Assembly (NCBI GenBank): GCA_028826165.1
Contig: JAPDFW010000078.1
Coordinates: forward strand, 310,001-374,000
Reading direction: 5' to 3'
Source of the DNA: Anaeramoeba ignava BMAN
Lineage: Eukaryota > Protista > Anaeramoebae
Length of the DNA: 64,000 bases
Below, piece after piece: positions 12,453-24,576 of the stretch. Each line of letters starts with the position of its first letter. Positions within the stretch are counted from its first letter, which is position 1. A program made the translations under genes and the position numbers. The notes under the pieces are model-generated. The model saw only the letters and a program-made list of their open reading frames with translations. It did no database searches and was not told where the DNA came from.

Positions 12453-15161
12453 TTAATTGTCTTTTTTGTTTGTATCAATTTTTCTTTTTTTTCCTCTACA
12501 AACTCCAAAAGAAAAAATATATCCAATTCCCATAATAACCGAACCCAATAAAATGACCAATAACTTCATTTTCCTTCCTTTTCCCATTCCTTTCAAAAAA
12601 GAAACAGTTTGAGAATTAATTTTTCCATTTAAAATTTCATTTAAATAAGATTGAATATCCTTGTTCTCCCTTTCCAACAAAGGTTTATAATACGCTCCCT
12701 TTTTTGGATCAAGAACAATCAAAGCAGGAAAGTCTTTTCTGTGGATCCCGAACTGTTCGGCATAATCCTCCCATTCTATTCCATTGAGCCAACAAAAAGT
12801 GAAATTTTCCCGAAATTCGCGCGAAAATTTTTTCAAGTTTTTCAAATATGCTTTGGAACTGCTTTCTTGCACATCCACAATAGCAAGAGCTGTTGGGTTT
12901 CCTGAATTGAGAATGATCTCTTCTGTCCGCGAGTTCAATTCGGGCATAAGTGGCAAGGAATATCTGTCGATAAATTCTGAAATTTTTTGCCAATCCAAAT
13001 TTTCATCAAATTTCTCATCAAATATTTCAATTGTGTTTCGATCAATAAAAGACAATAATAAAGGGAAGCTTTCTGATTTTTCGATTCTTTTGTGGATTTT
13101 TTGTCCAAGTAAGCTGTCTTGGTATAATTTGGAGTTTTTTGGATCATCGAGTTCAAGAATGATGAATTTTGCTTTTTTTCGGTATTGATTTGAAAATTTT
13201 GAAAAGATTTTGTGATATTTTTTGTTTTTGGTTTCTGGTGTTGATACCAAAAGGAATGTCGAATAATTTGGTGATAAATCATGCTGTAAGGTGTTTAAAT
13301 TGCTGATCATTTGGATTGGTGATTGTGTCATGTGTTTTACAAAATCCTTCATATTATCTATTGTTCTTTCTTCTGAGAATTTAAATGATGCTCCGTCGTT
13401 GTATAGAATTAATGTTGGAAATCCTTCAATATCATTTTCGTGGCATAATTTACTATTATTTTGGCAATTTACTTCTCCAAACAATATTTTATGGTTTTCA
13501 AATTTTTGTGCTAATTCTTCAAAAATTGGTTTTAACTTTTTTATACCAACCATTTATTAATAATTTTATTTATTTATTTAGAAATTTATTTATTTAGAAA
13601 ATTATAATTTTATTTATAATTTAATTTATAATTTTATTTATAATTTAATTTATAATTTTATTTATAATTTTATTTATAATTTAATTTATAATTTAATTTA
13701 TAATTTTATTTATAATTTAATTTATAATTTAATTTATAATTTTATTTATAATTTTATTTATAATTTTATTTATAATTTAATTTATAATTTTATTTATAAT
13801 TTTAATTTATAATTTTATTTATAATTTTAATTTATAATTTAATTTATAATTTAATTTATAATTTAATTTATAATTTTATTTATAATTTTTAATTTAATTT
13901 ATAATTTAATTTATAATTTTATTTATAATTTAATTTATAATTTTATTTATAATTTTAATTTATAATTTAATTTATAATTTAATTTATAATTTAATTTATA
14001 TTTTAATTTATAATTTAATTTATAATTTTAATTTATAATTTTATTTATAATTTTATTTATAATTTTTATTTATAATTTTAATTTTATAATTTTTATTTTT
14101 TATAATTTTAATTTATAATTTAATTTATAATTTTTATTTATAATTTTATTTATAATTTAATTTATATTTTAATTTTATAATTTTTATTTATATTTTAATT
14201 TATAATTTTAATTTATAATTTTATTTATAATTTTATTTATAATTTTATTTATAATTTTATTTATAATTTAATTTATAATTTAATCTATATTTTTATTTAT
14301 AATTTTATTTATAATTTTAATTTATAATTTAATTTATAATTTTATTTATAATTTAATTTATAATTTAATTTATAATTTTAATTTAATTTATAAATTTATT
14401 TATAATTTTAATTTATAATTTTAATTTATAATTTAATTTATAATTTAATTTTAAATTTTTATTTATAATTTTTATTTATAATTTTAATTTATAATTTTAT
14501 TTATAATTTAATTTATTATTTTTATTTATAATTTTATTTATAATTTAATTTATAATTTAATTTATATTTTATAATTTATAATTTTAATTTATAATTTAAT
14601 TTATAATTTTATTTATATTTTTATTTATAATTTTATTTATAATTTAATTTATTATTTTATTTATAATTTAATTTATAATTTTAATTATTATTTATATTTT
14701 AATTTAATTTATTATTTTATTTATAATTTTATTTATAATTTTATTTATAATTTTATTTATAATTTTATTTATAATTTTATTTATAATTTTATTTATAATT
14801 TTATTTATAATTTTATTTATAATTTAATTTATAATTTTATTTATAATTTTATTTATAATTTTATTTATAATTTTATTTATAATTTTATTTATAATTTTAT
14901 TTATAAATTTATTTATAATTTTATTTATAATTTTATTTATAATTTAATTTATATTTTATTTATAATTTTATTTATAATTTAATGCAATTTTACTTTTTGG
15001 CAATGAGGACACCAAGGAGCAAAAAATTTAACAAACCATAATGAATTATTTTCATAAACAATTTCTGAAAATGGTTTATTTGTTAAATCTATAATTTCTT
15101 TTTCTTTTGTTGAAATTAAAATTAAATTCAAAATTACAAAAATTAAAAAGAGTTTTTTCAT
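12453..15161 (-). CDS. TMX3-like membrane-anchored protein disulfide isomerase (exons 15161-14994 and 13535-12453)
   Basis: Signal peptide, WFVKFFAPWCPHCQK|LKPIFEELA across phase-0 GT-AG intron 13536-14993, IEGFPTL cis-Pro loop, two inactive thioredoxin-like domains, TM helix and C-terminal KKDN ER-retrieval motif. Confidence 0.88.
13600..14980. repeat. Intronic ~11-bp AT-only tandem repeat (TTTATAATTTA/TTTATAATTTTA)
   Basis: Fills the PDI intron. Confidence 0.9.
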
Positions 15162-15229
15162 CCTTTTTGTTTTGAAAGAAAAAAGAAAAAAGAAAAAAGA
15201 AAAAAATGATTTGTTGGAAAAGAAAATTA

Positions 15230-17670
15230 ATTTTGGATTCTAATTTTAATTTTGATTTTGATTTTGATTTTGATTTTGATTTTGATTTTAATTTTGATTT
15301 TGATTTTGATTTGGATTCTAATTTTAATTTTAATTTTGATTTTGATTTTGATTTTAATTTTGATTTTAATTTTGATTTTTTATTTTGATTTTATAGTTTT
15401 GATTTTTTAGATTTTAGATTTAGATTTGGATTTTGATTTTGATTTAGATTTAGATTTTATTTTTATTTTTATTTTTGATTTTGATTTTTGATTTTTTTTT
15501 GATTTAGTTTAGATTTAGATTTAGATTTTGATTTTGATTTTGATTTTGATTTTGATTTTGATTTTGATTTTGATTTTGATTTTGATTTTTGATTTTATTT
15601 TTAATTTTAGTTTGATTTTTGATTTTTGATTTTTGATTTTGATTTTGATTTTGATTTTGATTTTGATTTTATATTTTTATTTTTGATTTTTATTTTGATT
15701 TTGATTTTGATTTTGATTTTGATTTTTGATTTTGATTTTAATTTTTTAATTTTAATTTTGATTTTAATTTAATTTGATTTTATTTTTATTTTGATTTAGA
15801 TTTTGATTTTATATTTTTGATTTTTAATTTTGATTTTGATTTTATTTTTGATTTTGATTTTTGATTTTTATTTTGATTTTAATTTTTTTGATTTTGATTT
15901 TGATTTTGATTTTGATTTTATTTTTGATTTTTATTTTGATTTTGATTTTTATTTTATTTTTGATTTTGATTTTATAATTTTGATTTTGATTTTATTTTTA
16001 TTTTTAATTTTTATTTTAATTTGATTTTAATTTTGATTTTGATTTTGATTTTTAATTTTTGATTTTGAATTTTGATTTTTGATTTTTTTGATTTTGAATT
16101 TTGATTTGATTTTGATTTTGATTTTGATTTTTTGATTTTTATTTTTAATTTTGATTTTTGATTTTATTTATAATTTTATTTTTAATTTTGATTTTGATTT
16201 TGATTTTAATTTATAATTTTGATTTATAATTTTGATTTTGATTTTGATTTTGATTTATTTTTTTATTTTTTTTGATTTAATTTTTAATTTTATTTTTTGA
16301 TTTTTATTTTTTTTTTATTTTTAATTTTGATTTTAATTTTATTTTTTATTTTTTTATTTTATTTTTGATTTTGATTTTGATTTAAGAGCAAAAATTTTTA
16401 ACAAACCATGATTTTGATAAGATTTAGATTTTGATTTTGATTTTGATTTTTAATTTTGATTTTTTTTTTTTGAATTTAAATTTTCAATTTTGATTTAAAT
16501 TTTGATTTTGATTTTGAAAAAAGAAAAACTTTGATTTTGATTTTTTGATTTTTGATTTTGAGTTTTGATTTTGATTTTGATTTTGATTTTGATTTTGATT
16601 TTGATTTTGATTTTGATTTAGATTTTGATTTTGATTTTGATTTTGATTTTGATTTTGATTTTGATTTTGATTTTGATTTTGATTTTGATTTTGATTTTGA
16701 TTTTGATTTTGATTTTGATTTTGATTTAGATTTTGATTTTGATTTTGATTTTGATTTAGATTTAGATTTTGATTTTGATTTTGATTTTGATTTTGATTTT
16801 GATTTAGATTTTGATTTAGATTTTGATTTTGATTTTGATTTTGATTTTGATTTTGATTTTGATTTTGATTTTGATTTTGATTTTGATTTTGATTTTGATT
16901 TAGATTTAGATTTTGATTTTAGATTTGATTTTGATTTTGATTTTGATTTTGATTTTGATTTTGATTTTGATTTTGATTTTTGATTTGATTTTGATTTAGA
17001 TTTTGATTTTGATTTTGATTTTGATTTTGATTTAGATTTTGATTTTGATTTTGATTTTGATTTTGATTTTGATTTTGATTTTGATTTTGATTTTGATTTT
17101 GATTTTGATTTTGATTTTGATTTTGATTTTGATTTTGATTTTGATTTAGATTTTGATTTTGATTTAGATTTAGATTTTGATTTTGATTTTGATTTTGATT
17201 TAGATTTTGATTTTGATTTAGATTTTGATTTTGATTTTGATTTTGGTTTTGATTTAGATTTTGATTTTGATTTTGATTTTGATTTTGATTTTGATTTTGA
17301 TTTTGATTTTGATTTTGATTTTGATTTTGATTTTGATTTTGATTTTGATTTTGATTTTGATTTTGATTTTAATTTTGATTTTGATTTTGATTTTGATTTT
17401 GATTTTGATTTTGATTTTTAGATTTGATTTTGATTTAGATTTTGATTTTGATTTTGATTTAGATTTAGATTTAGATTTTGATTTTGATTTTGATTTTGAT
17501 TTTGATTTTGATTTTGATTTTGATTTTGATTTTGATTTTGATTTTGATTTTAGATTTTGATTTTGATTTTGATTTTGATTTTGATTTTGATTTTGATTTT
17601 GATTTTGATTTTGATTTTGATTTTGAATTTAGATTTAGATTTTGATTTAGATTTAGATTTTGATTTTAAT
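15230..17670. repeat. Intergenic (GATTTT)n/(GATTTA)n microsatellite, about 2.4 kb
   Basis: Direct reading; explains the DFDFDF/ILILIL ORFs. Confidence 0.92.
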
Positions 17671-17918
17671 TTTCTAATAGATTTATGAAGGAATATTAGA
17701 GAATTAGAAAAGAAATTGAAGAAAAAAGAAAAAGGAAATTTTTTTTTAATTTAATTTAATTTAATTTAAAATTTTTTTTTTTGTTTTTGGGGGCATAGTT
17801 AAAAAAATAAATTAATAAAAAAAAAAATAAATAAAAAAAAATTTTTTTTTAATTTTTTTTTTTCATTTTTTTTCATTTCAAAAAAAAAAATTATAAATTT
17901 TAAATAAATAATTTTAAA

Positions 17919-18269
17919 ATGGGTTCTATTTGGAGAAGTCATCCCAAAAAATATGGAAAAGGAGGAAGAAGATGGTTTGCAAATAAAATTAAATAAATAA
18001 AATTTAATAAAAATAATAAAATTAAATAAAATTTAATAAAATTAAATAAAATTAAATAAAAAATATATATTAAAATATAAAAGCCGAAGATGTGGAAATC
18101 ATAGAGCAATTATTCGTAAATATGGTTTAGATATTTGCAGAAGATGCTTTCGTGAAAATGCTGCTTTAATTGGATTCAAAAAGGTTTATATTTTTTTATA
18201 TTAAAAATTCTATTTAAATTAAAAATTCAAAAAAATTTTTTTTTATATTTCTTTTATTAGTATCGATAA
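17919..18269 (+). CDS. RPS29: 40S ribosomal protein S29 (uS14); exons 17919-17974, 18084-18183, 18261-18269
   Basis: Two GT-AG introns give [54 protein letters not shown] with the C-x2-C...C-x2-C zinc finger. Missed by the ORF track. Confidence 0.97.
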
Positions 18270-18529
18270 TTCAACCTCAACTCAAATATTACTATTCAAG
18301 AACTTCTTTTCTTGATTTTACTTGATTTTTTTTTTCAAATTCTTTTTTTTTTCAAAACCAAAATTTTTTTTACTTTTCAATGAAATTCTTTTTCTTTTTC
18401 TCAAATTAATTTAGAAAAATCAAAAAAATTTTTAAAAAATCAATAAATGAAATAAATTTAAAATTAAAATTAAAAAATAAAAATCATTTTTTTTTCTTTT
18501 CTTTTTTTTAAATTATAAACAAAAACAAA

Positions 18530-20209
18530 ATGGAAAGTGAAGTTTTTTTCTTTGGTCAAAATAAAGGTTTTCAAGTAAAAGAAAATGCAATGACGCCAAC
18601 TAAACTAACACAATTTGATGAATACGGAATAACTCAAATTTCATCTGGAGATTTCGGGACACTTTTAACAACTACAAATAATCAAGTTATATGGATATCT
18701 CGTTCTCTAAAAGACACTTTAAATCATTCAGTAATTCAAGTTTCTGTTGGTTTCTCAGTTGCAGCATTTTTAACCGAAAACGGAGAAGTTTTTGGAATTG
18801 GAAACCATTTGGGAGCAGAAAAAAATAAATTCATACCAATATCGCCAATGATTAGCCTCGATAAAAACGAGACAATAACCCAGATTGCTTGCGGTGTTTA
18901 CCAACTGTATTTGCTCACTTCCAAAGGAATTGCTTATGGAATGGGTGATAACAGTTGCAAACAGCTCGCAACAGAAGATGTCACAAAACAAACTAAGCCC
19001 ATCAAAATGATGGAGAATATCGAGTCCATTTATACAGGAAATTATTCTTTTAGCGCCTTTTTACTCACAAAAAACGACGAGCTGTTCGCTCTTGGTCAAA
19101 ATAGCAGTTACCAACTCGGACTCGGTGATGATAACAACGACATCTACCCACCACAATTGGTCAAAACAAGACCAGAAGGCGAAATTCGCCAGCTCGTGAT
19201 CGGCTATGAACATTCCGTTATGGTTGTCGAACAAAAAGGAAAGGGACAAGCTTACGTTTCTGGTCAGCATTCTTACAACGGATTGGGCAAATCCGATAGC
19301 GCCAAATTATTCACTCATCTTTCATCACTTTCCAATTCCGATATAATTCAGATCGATGTCGGCTGCTTCCACACTCTCTTACTAACAGCAGAAAACGAAA
19401 TTTTCGCATACGGAATTAATCCATACGGCCAGCTTGGTAATGGCAGCTTCTCAAGCACAGACATGCCAATCAAAATCGAAATTCCTGGCATTACTCAAGA
19501 ACTGAGCAAATACAGAGTTGTTGCCGGATCTTTCCACAGCCTTGTTTATCTTCCTGTTCAAAAACTCACAACAATCCAGGAAGACTTCATCGAATTTCTC
19601 AATAACCAAGAGGCTTGCGATCTAACTCTCCAAGCACTTGATGGCTCCATTGGAGTCCATCGGTTGATTTTGGAATTGCGAATAGGCAAAGAAAATATCC
19701 AAAATTTCCAATACTACATCAAATCCAAAAATTTAGCCGAAACAAACTCCATTTTGAAGTTCATTTACGGCTGCCGTTTTTTGCAAAAAAAATTGATGAG
19801 AGAATTAACTGAAATTATCCCCAATCTCGCAATCACAAAAAAACAATTCAGTGAACAATTGACAAAACTGAAAAATGCAAATGAAAGCAAGGATTTTGTT
19901 GTGAAATTCGAAAATAATCATTTCCGCATTCATAAAACCATTTTATGGGCCCGCAGTTTATTATTTCGAGGAATGTTCCTGAATGTCAATGATTCTTCAA
20001 ATGAAGTTTCAAACTATTGCGAAATTTCACTTGACGCTTTCAAGATTTTTCTCGATTATCTTTACACTGATGAAATTGACACACAAATCAAATTCACAAA
20101 GCAAATTGTAGAAGATTTAGCGAAAGCTATGGATTATTTCCAACTCAATGAATCAGAGCCAAATCTAGCAACAAAAGCTTTGCGAAAATTTGAAGAAAAT
20201 AAAAAGTGA
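18530..20209 (+). CDS. RCC1-repeat beta-propeller + tandem BTB protein, 559 aa
   Basis: RCC1 motifs (QIACG..., G.N..GQLG.G, G.FHTL) followed by IGVHRLILELR and FRIHKTILWARSLLFRGMF...FLDYLYTD. Confidence 0.9.
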   Translation: MESEVFFFGQNKGFQVKENAMTPTKLTQFDEYGITQISSGDFGTLLTTTNNQVIWISRSLKDTLNHSVIQVSVGFSVAAFLTENGEVFGIGNHLGAEKNKFIPISPMISLDKNETITQIACGVYQLYLLTSKGIAYGMGDNSCKQLATEDVTKQTKPIKMMENIESIYTGNYSFSAFLLTKNDELFALGQNSSYQLGLGDDNNDIYPPQLVKTRPEGEIRQLVIGYEHSVMVVEQKGKGQAYVSGQHSYNGLGKSDSAKLFTHLSSLSNSDIIQIDVGCFHTLLLTAENEIFAYGINPYGQLGNGSFSSTDMPIKIEIPGITQELSKYRVVAGSFHSLVYLPVQKLTTIQEDFIEFLNNQEACDLTLQALDGSIGVHRLILELRIGKENIQNFQYYIKSKNLAETNSILKFIYGCRFLQKKLMRELTEIIPNLAITKKQFSEQLTKLKNANESKDFVVKFENNHFRIHKTILWARSLLFRGMFLNVNDSSNEVSNYCEISLDAFKIFLDYLYTDEIDTQIKFTKQIVEDLAKAMDYFQLNESEPNLATKALRKFEENKK

Positions 20210-20336
20210 AAGTGATAGATTCTTCTTTTTTTTTTTTTTTAAAGAAATTGATCAAACATTTTTTTTTTGCCTGAAAACATTTATTTTCTTTTTATTTTTG
20301 ATTAAAAAAAAATTTTTTCAAATTTGATTTTTTCAT

Positions 20337-20819
20337 TTAATTTTTCAAATTTGATTGTATTTCTTGTAATCTGGGAATAAATCTTGAATATGGCTTCGCC
20401 CATTCTTGAAGGAAATATTCCCGACTTTTATTAAATTTGTTAACACTTTCAGCAAAAAGCTCTTTTGTTGAAGGTTTTGCTTTTTTGGAAGTAGAAATGG
20501 AGACAAAATCATCCAGACTTTGTGCCGGAAATTGAGTCTTCAATTCTGAAATCATTTTATGGAAATTTGGAGTATTTTCTGATGTTTGAGCCAAAGGCTC
20601 AGGAAGTTGTTTTTTTTTTGCTTCTTCAGACTCATTTGTTTGCGTTTTTATTTCGAGATGTCTGTCTGGAGCTGCATAAAATGATAGTAATTGATATAAA
20701 GAAAGTGAGCGAATTTGCTCTTTCGACATTCTTTTTAATAATGGTTCCTTGAGAAGTGGGAAAGTAAAATGAATGTCTGTGTGTGGTTCTTTTTTGTGTG
20801 GAGATTTCTGTTCTGACAT
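20337..20819 (-). CDS. Hypothetical protein, 160 aa
   Basis: ATG-initiated ORF with normal coding composition between AT-rich flanks; no family recognised. Confidence 0.7.
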   Translation of the reverse strand: MSEQKSPHKKEPHTDIHFTFPLLKEPLLKRMSKEQIRSLSLYQLLSFYAAPDRHLEIKTQTNESEEAKKKQLPEPLAQTSENTPNFHKMISELKTQFPAQSLDDFVSISTSKKAKPSTKELFAESVNKFNKSREYFLQEWAKPYSRFIPRLQEIQSNLKN

Positions 20820-20884
20820 TAAATAAAAAAAAAAATGAAAAAAATGAATTAAAAAATTTTTTATTTTTTTTTTAACGATTCAAC

Positions 20885-23800
20885 AAAAGAAAAATCAATA
20901 ATAATTTTTAAAGAATTAATAATGGGATTATTTTAAAATATAATTTATATTAATTTTATTTATCTAAACTTATTTAATTTAATTAAAAAATTAGATATAA
21001 ATTTAATTCATTTTTTTCCTTTTTAAAATATAAATAAATAAATAATAATTTTAAAAGAATTAATAATAAATTTCTTTCTAAATATAATTTATATTAATTT
21101 TATTTATCTAAACTTATTTAATTTAATTAAAAAATTTAATATAAAATTAATAAAATATTTGATTTATAAAATATAAATAAATCAATAATAATTTTTAAAG
21201 AATTAATAATAAAATTATTTCTAAATATAATTTATATTAATTTTATTTATTTAAACTTATTTAATTTAATTAAAAAATTTAATATAAATTTAATTAATTT
21301 TTCCTTTATAAAATAATAAAGAAATAAATAATAATTTTTAAAAGAATTAATAATAGAATTATTTCTAAATATAATTTATATTAATTTTATTTATCTAAAC
21401 TTATTTAATTTAATTAAAAATTTAATATAAAATTAATTAATTTTTTCCTTTTTAAAATATAAATAAATCAATAATAATTTTTAAAGAATTAATAATAAAA
21501 TTATTTCTAAATATAATTTATATTAATTTTATTTATTTAAACTTATTTAATTTAATTAAAAATTAGATATAAAATTAATTAATTTTTTTCCTTTTTAAAA
21601 TATTAAGAAATAAATAATAATTTTTAAAAGAATTAATAATAAATTTCTTTTTAAAATATAATTTATATTAATTTTATTTATCTAAACATATTTAATTTAA
21701 TTAAAAATTAAATATAAAATTAATTCAAATTTGTTCCTTTTTAAAATATAAATAAATAAATAAATAATAATTTTAAAAGAATTAATAATGAAATTATTTC
21801 TAAATATAATTTATATTAATTTTATTTATCTAAACTTATTTAATTTAATTAAAAATTTAATAAAAATTAATTAATTTTGTTCCTTTTTAAAATAATAAGA
21901 AATAAATAATAATTTTAAAAGAATTAATAATAAAATTATTTCTAAATATAATTTATATTAATTTTTATTTATCTAAATTTATTTAATTTAATTAAAAATT
22001 TAATATAAAATTAATTCAAATAGTTCCTTTTCAAAATATAAATAAATAAATAATAATTTTAAAAGAATTAATAATAAAATTATTTTAAAATATAATTTAT
22101 ATTAATTTTATTTATTTAAACTTATTTAATTTAATTAAAAATTTAATATAAAATTAATAAAATATTTGATTTATAAAATATAAATAAATCAATAATAATT
22201 TTTAAAGAATTAATAATAAAATTATTTTAAAAATATAATTTTATATTAATTTTATTTATTTAAACCTATTTAATTTAATTAAAAATTAAATAAAAATTAA
22301 TTCAAATTGTTCCTTTTTAAAATATTAAGAAATAAATAATAATTTTAAAAGAATTAATAATGAAATTATTTTTAAAATATAATTTATATTAATTTTATTT
22401 ATCTAAACTTATTTAATTTAATTAAAAATTAAATAAAAATTAATTCAAATTGTTCCTTTTTAAAATATAAATAAATAAATAATAATTTTAAAAGAATTAA
22501 TAATAAATTTATTTTAAAAATATAATTTTATATTAATTTTATTTATTTAAATTTATTTAATTTAATTAAAAATTAAATAAAAATTAATTAATTTTTTCCT
22601 TTTAAAATAATAAGAAATAAATAATAATTTTAAAAGAATTAATAATAAAATTAGATTTAAAATATAATTTATATTAATTTTATTTATTTAAATTTTATTT
22701 AATTTAATTAAAAATTAAATAAAAATTAATTCAAATTGTTCCTTTTTAAAAATATTAATAAATAAATAATAATTTTAAAAGAATTAATAATAAATTTTTC
22801 TTTCTAAATATAATTTATATTATTTTTATTTATCTAAACTTATTTAATTTAATTAAAAATTTAATAAAAATTTAATTCAAATTGTTCCTTTTCAAAATAT
22901 AAATAAATAAATAATAATTTTAAAAGAATTAATAATAAAAATTATTTTAAAATATAATTTATATTAATTTTATTTATTTAAATTTTATTTAATTTAATTA
23001 AAAATTAAATAAAAATTAATTCAAATTGTTCCTTTTTAAAATATTAAAATAAATAAATAATAATTTTAAAAGAATTAATAATAAAATTTCTTTCTAAATA
23101 TAATTTATATTAATTTTATTTATTTAAACTTATTTAATTTAATTAAAAATTAAATAAAAATTAATTAATTTTTCCTTTTTAAAATATTAAGAAATAAATA
23201 ATAATTTTAAAAGAATTAATAATAAATTTCTTTTTAAATATAATTTATATTAATTTTATTTATCTAAATCTATTTAATTTAATTAAAAAATTTAATATAA
23301 AATTAATTAATTTTTTCCTTTTTAAAATATAAATAAATAAATAATAATTTTTAAAAGAATTAATAATAAATTTATTTTTAAATATAATTTATATTAATTT
23401 TATTTATTTAAACTTATTTAATTTAATTAAAAATTAAATAAAAATTAATTAATTTTGTTCCTTTTTAAAATATAAATAAATAAATAATAATTTTTAAAAG
23501 AATTAATAATAAATTTCTTTTTAAATATAATTTATATTAATTTTATTTATCTAAACTTATTTAATTTAATTAAAAAATTTAATAAAAATTAATTAATTTT
23601 TCCTTTTTAAAATAATAATAAATAAATAATAATTTTAAAAGAATTAATAATAAATTTTTTTAAAAATATAATTTATATTAATTTTATTTATTTAAACCTA
23701 TTTAGTTTAATTAAAAAATTTAATAAAAATTAATTAATTTTTTCCTTTTTAAAATATAAATAAATAAATAATAATTTTAAAAAGAATTAATAATAAATTT

Positions 23801-24520
23801 CTTTTTAAAATATAATTTATATTAATTTTATTTATTTAAACTTATTTAATTTAATTAAAAAATTAGATATAAAATTAATTAATTTTTTCCTTTTTAAAAT
23901 ATTAAGAAATAAATAATAATTTTAAAAGAATTAATAATAAAATTATTTTTAAATATAATTTATATTAATTTTATTTATTTAAACTTATTTAATTTAATTA
24001 AAAATTTAATAAAAATTAATTAATTTTTTCCTTTTTAAAATATTAATAAATCAATAATAATTTTTAAAAGAATTAATAATAAATTTATTTTAAAATATAA
24101 TTTATATTAATTTTATTTATTTAAACTTATTTAATTTAATTAAAAATTTAATAAAAATTTAATTAATTTTTCCTTTTTAAAAATAATAATAAATAAATAA
24201 TAATTTTTAAAGAATTAATAATGGAATTATTTTAAAATATAATTTATATTAATTTTATTTATCTAAACTTATTTAATTTAATTAAAAAATTTAATATAAA
24301 ATTAATTAATTTTTTTCCTTTTTAAAATATAAATAAATAAATAATAATTTTAAAAGAATTAATAATAAAATTATTTTTAAATTATAATTTATATTAATTT
24401 TATTTATTTAAACTTATTTAATTTAATTAAAAAATTAAATAAAAATTAATTAATTTTTCCTTTTTAAAATAATAAGAAATAAATAATAATTTTAAAAGAA
24501 TTAATAATAAAAATAGATTT
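20885..24520. repeat. AT-rich satellite, about 26 copies of a ~143-bp unit
   Basis: Anchor AAAGAATTAATAA recurs at about 20910, 21054, 21197 ... 24352, 24494; most units also carry TTCCTTTT. Confidence 0.93.
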
Positions 24521-24576
24521 AAATTAACTTTATTGAAAAAGATTTTAATTTCTTTATTATTTTTTTTAAATTGTTT

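Noticed and set aside
15206-17560. DFDF/ILIL ORFs, and similar ones at 8493-9236 and 28635-30284
   Set aside because: Translations of (GATTTT)n repeats.
15162-17900. GATTTT array as a 5' UTR intron of the PDI gene
   Set aside because: An AG lies just before the ATG, but I found no minus-strand GT donor beyond the array.
20885-24520. Regular array considered as CRISPR-like
   Set aside because: Whole units repeat with no unique spacers; eukaryotic context; no cas genes.
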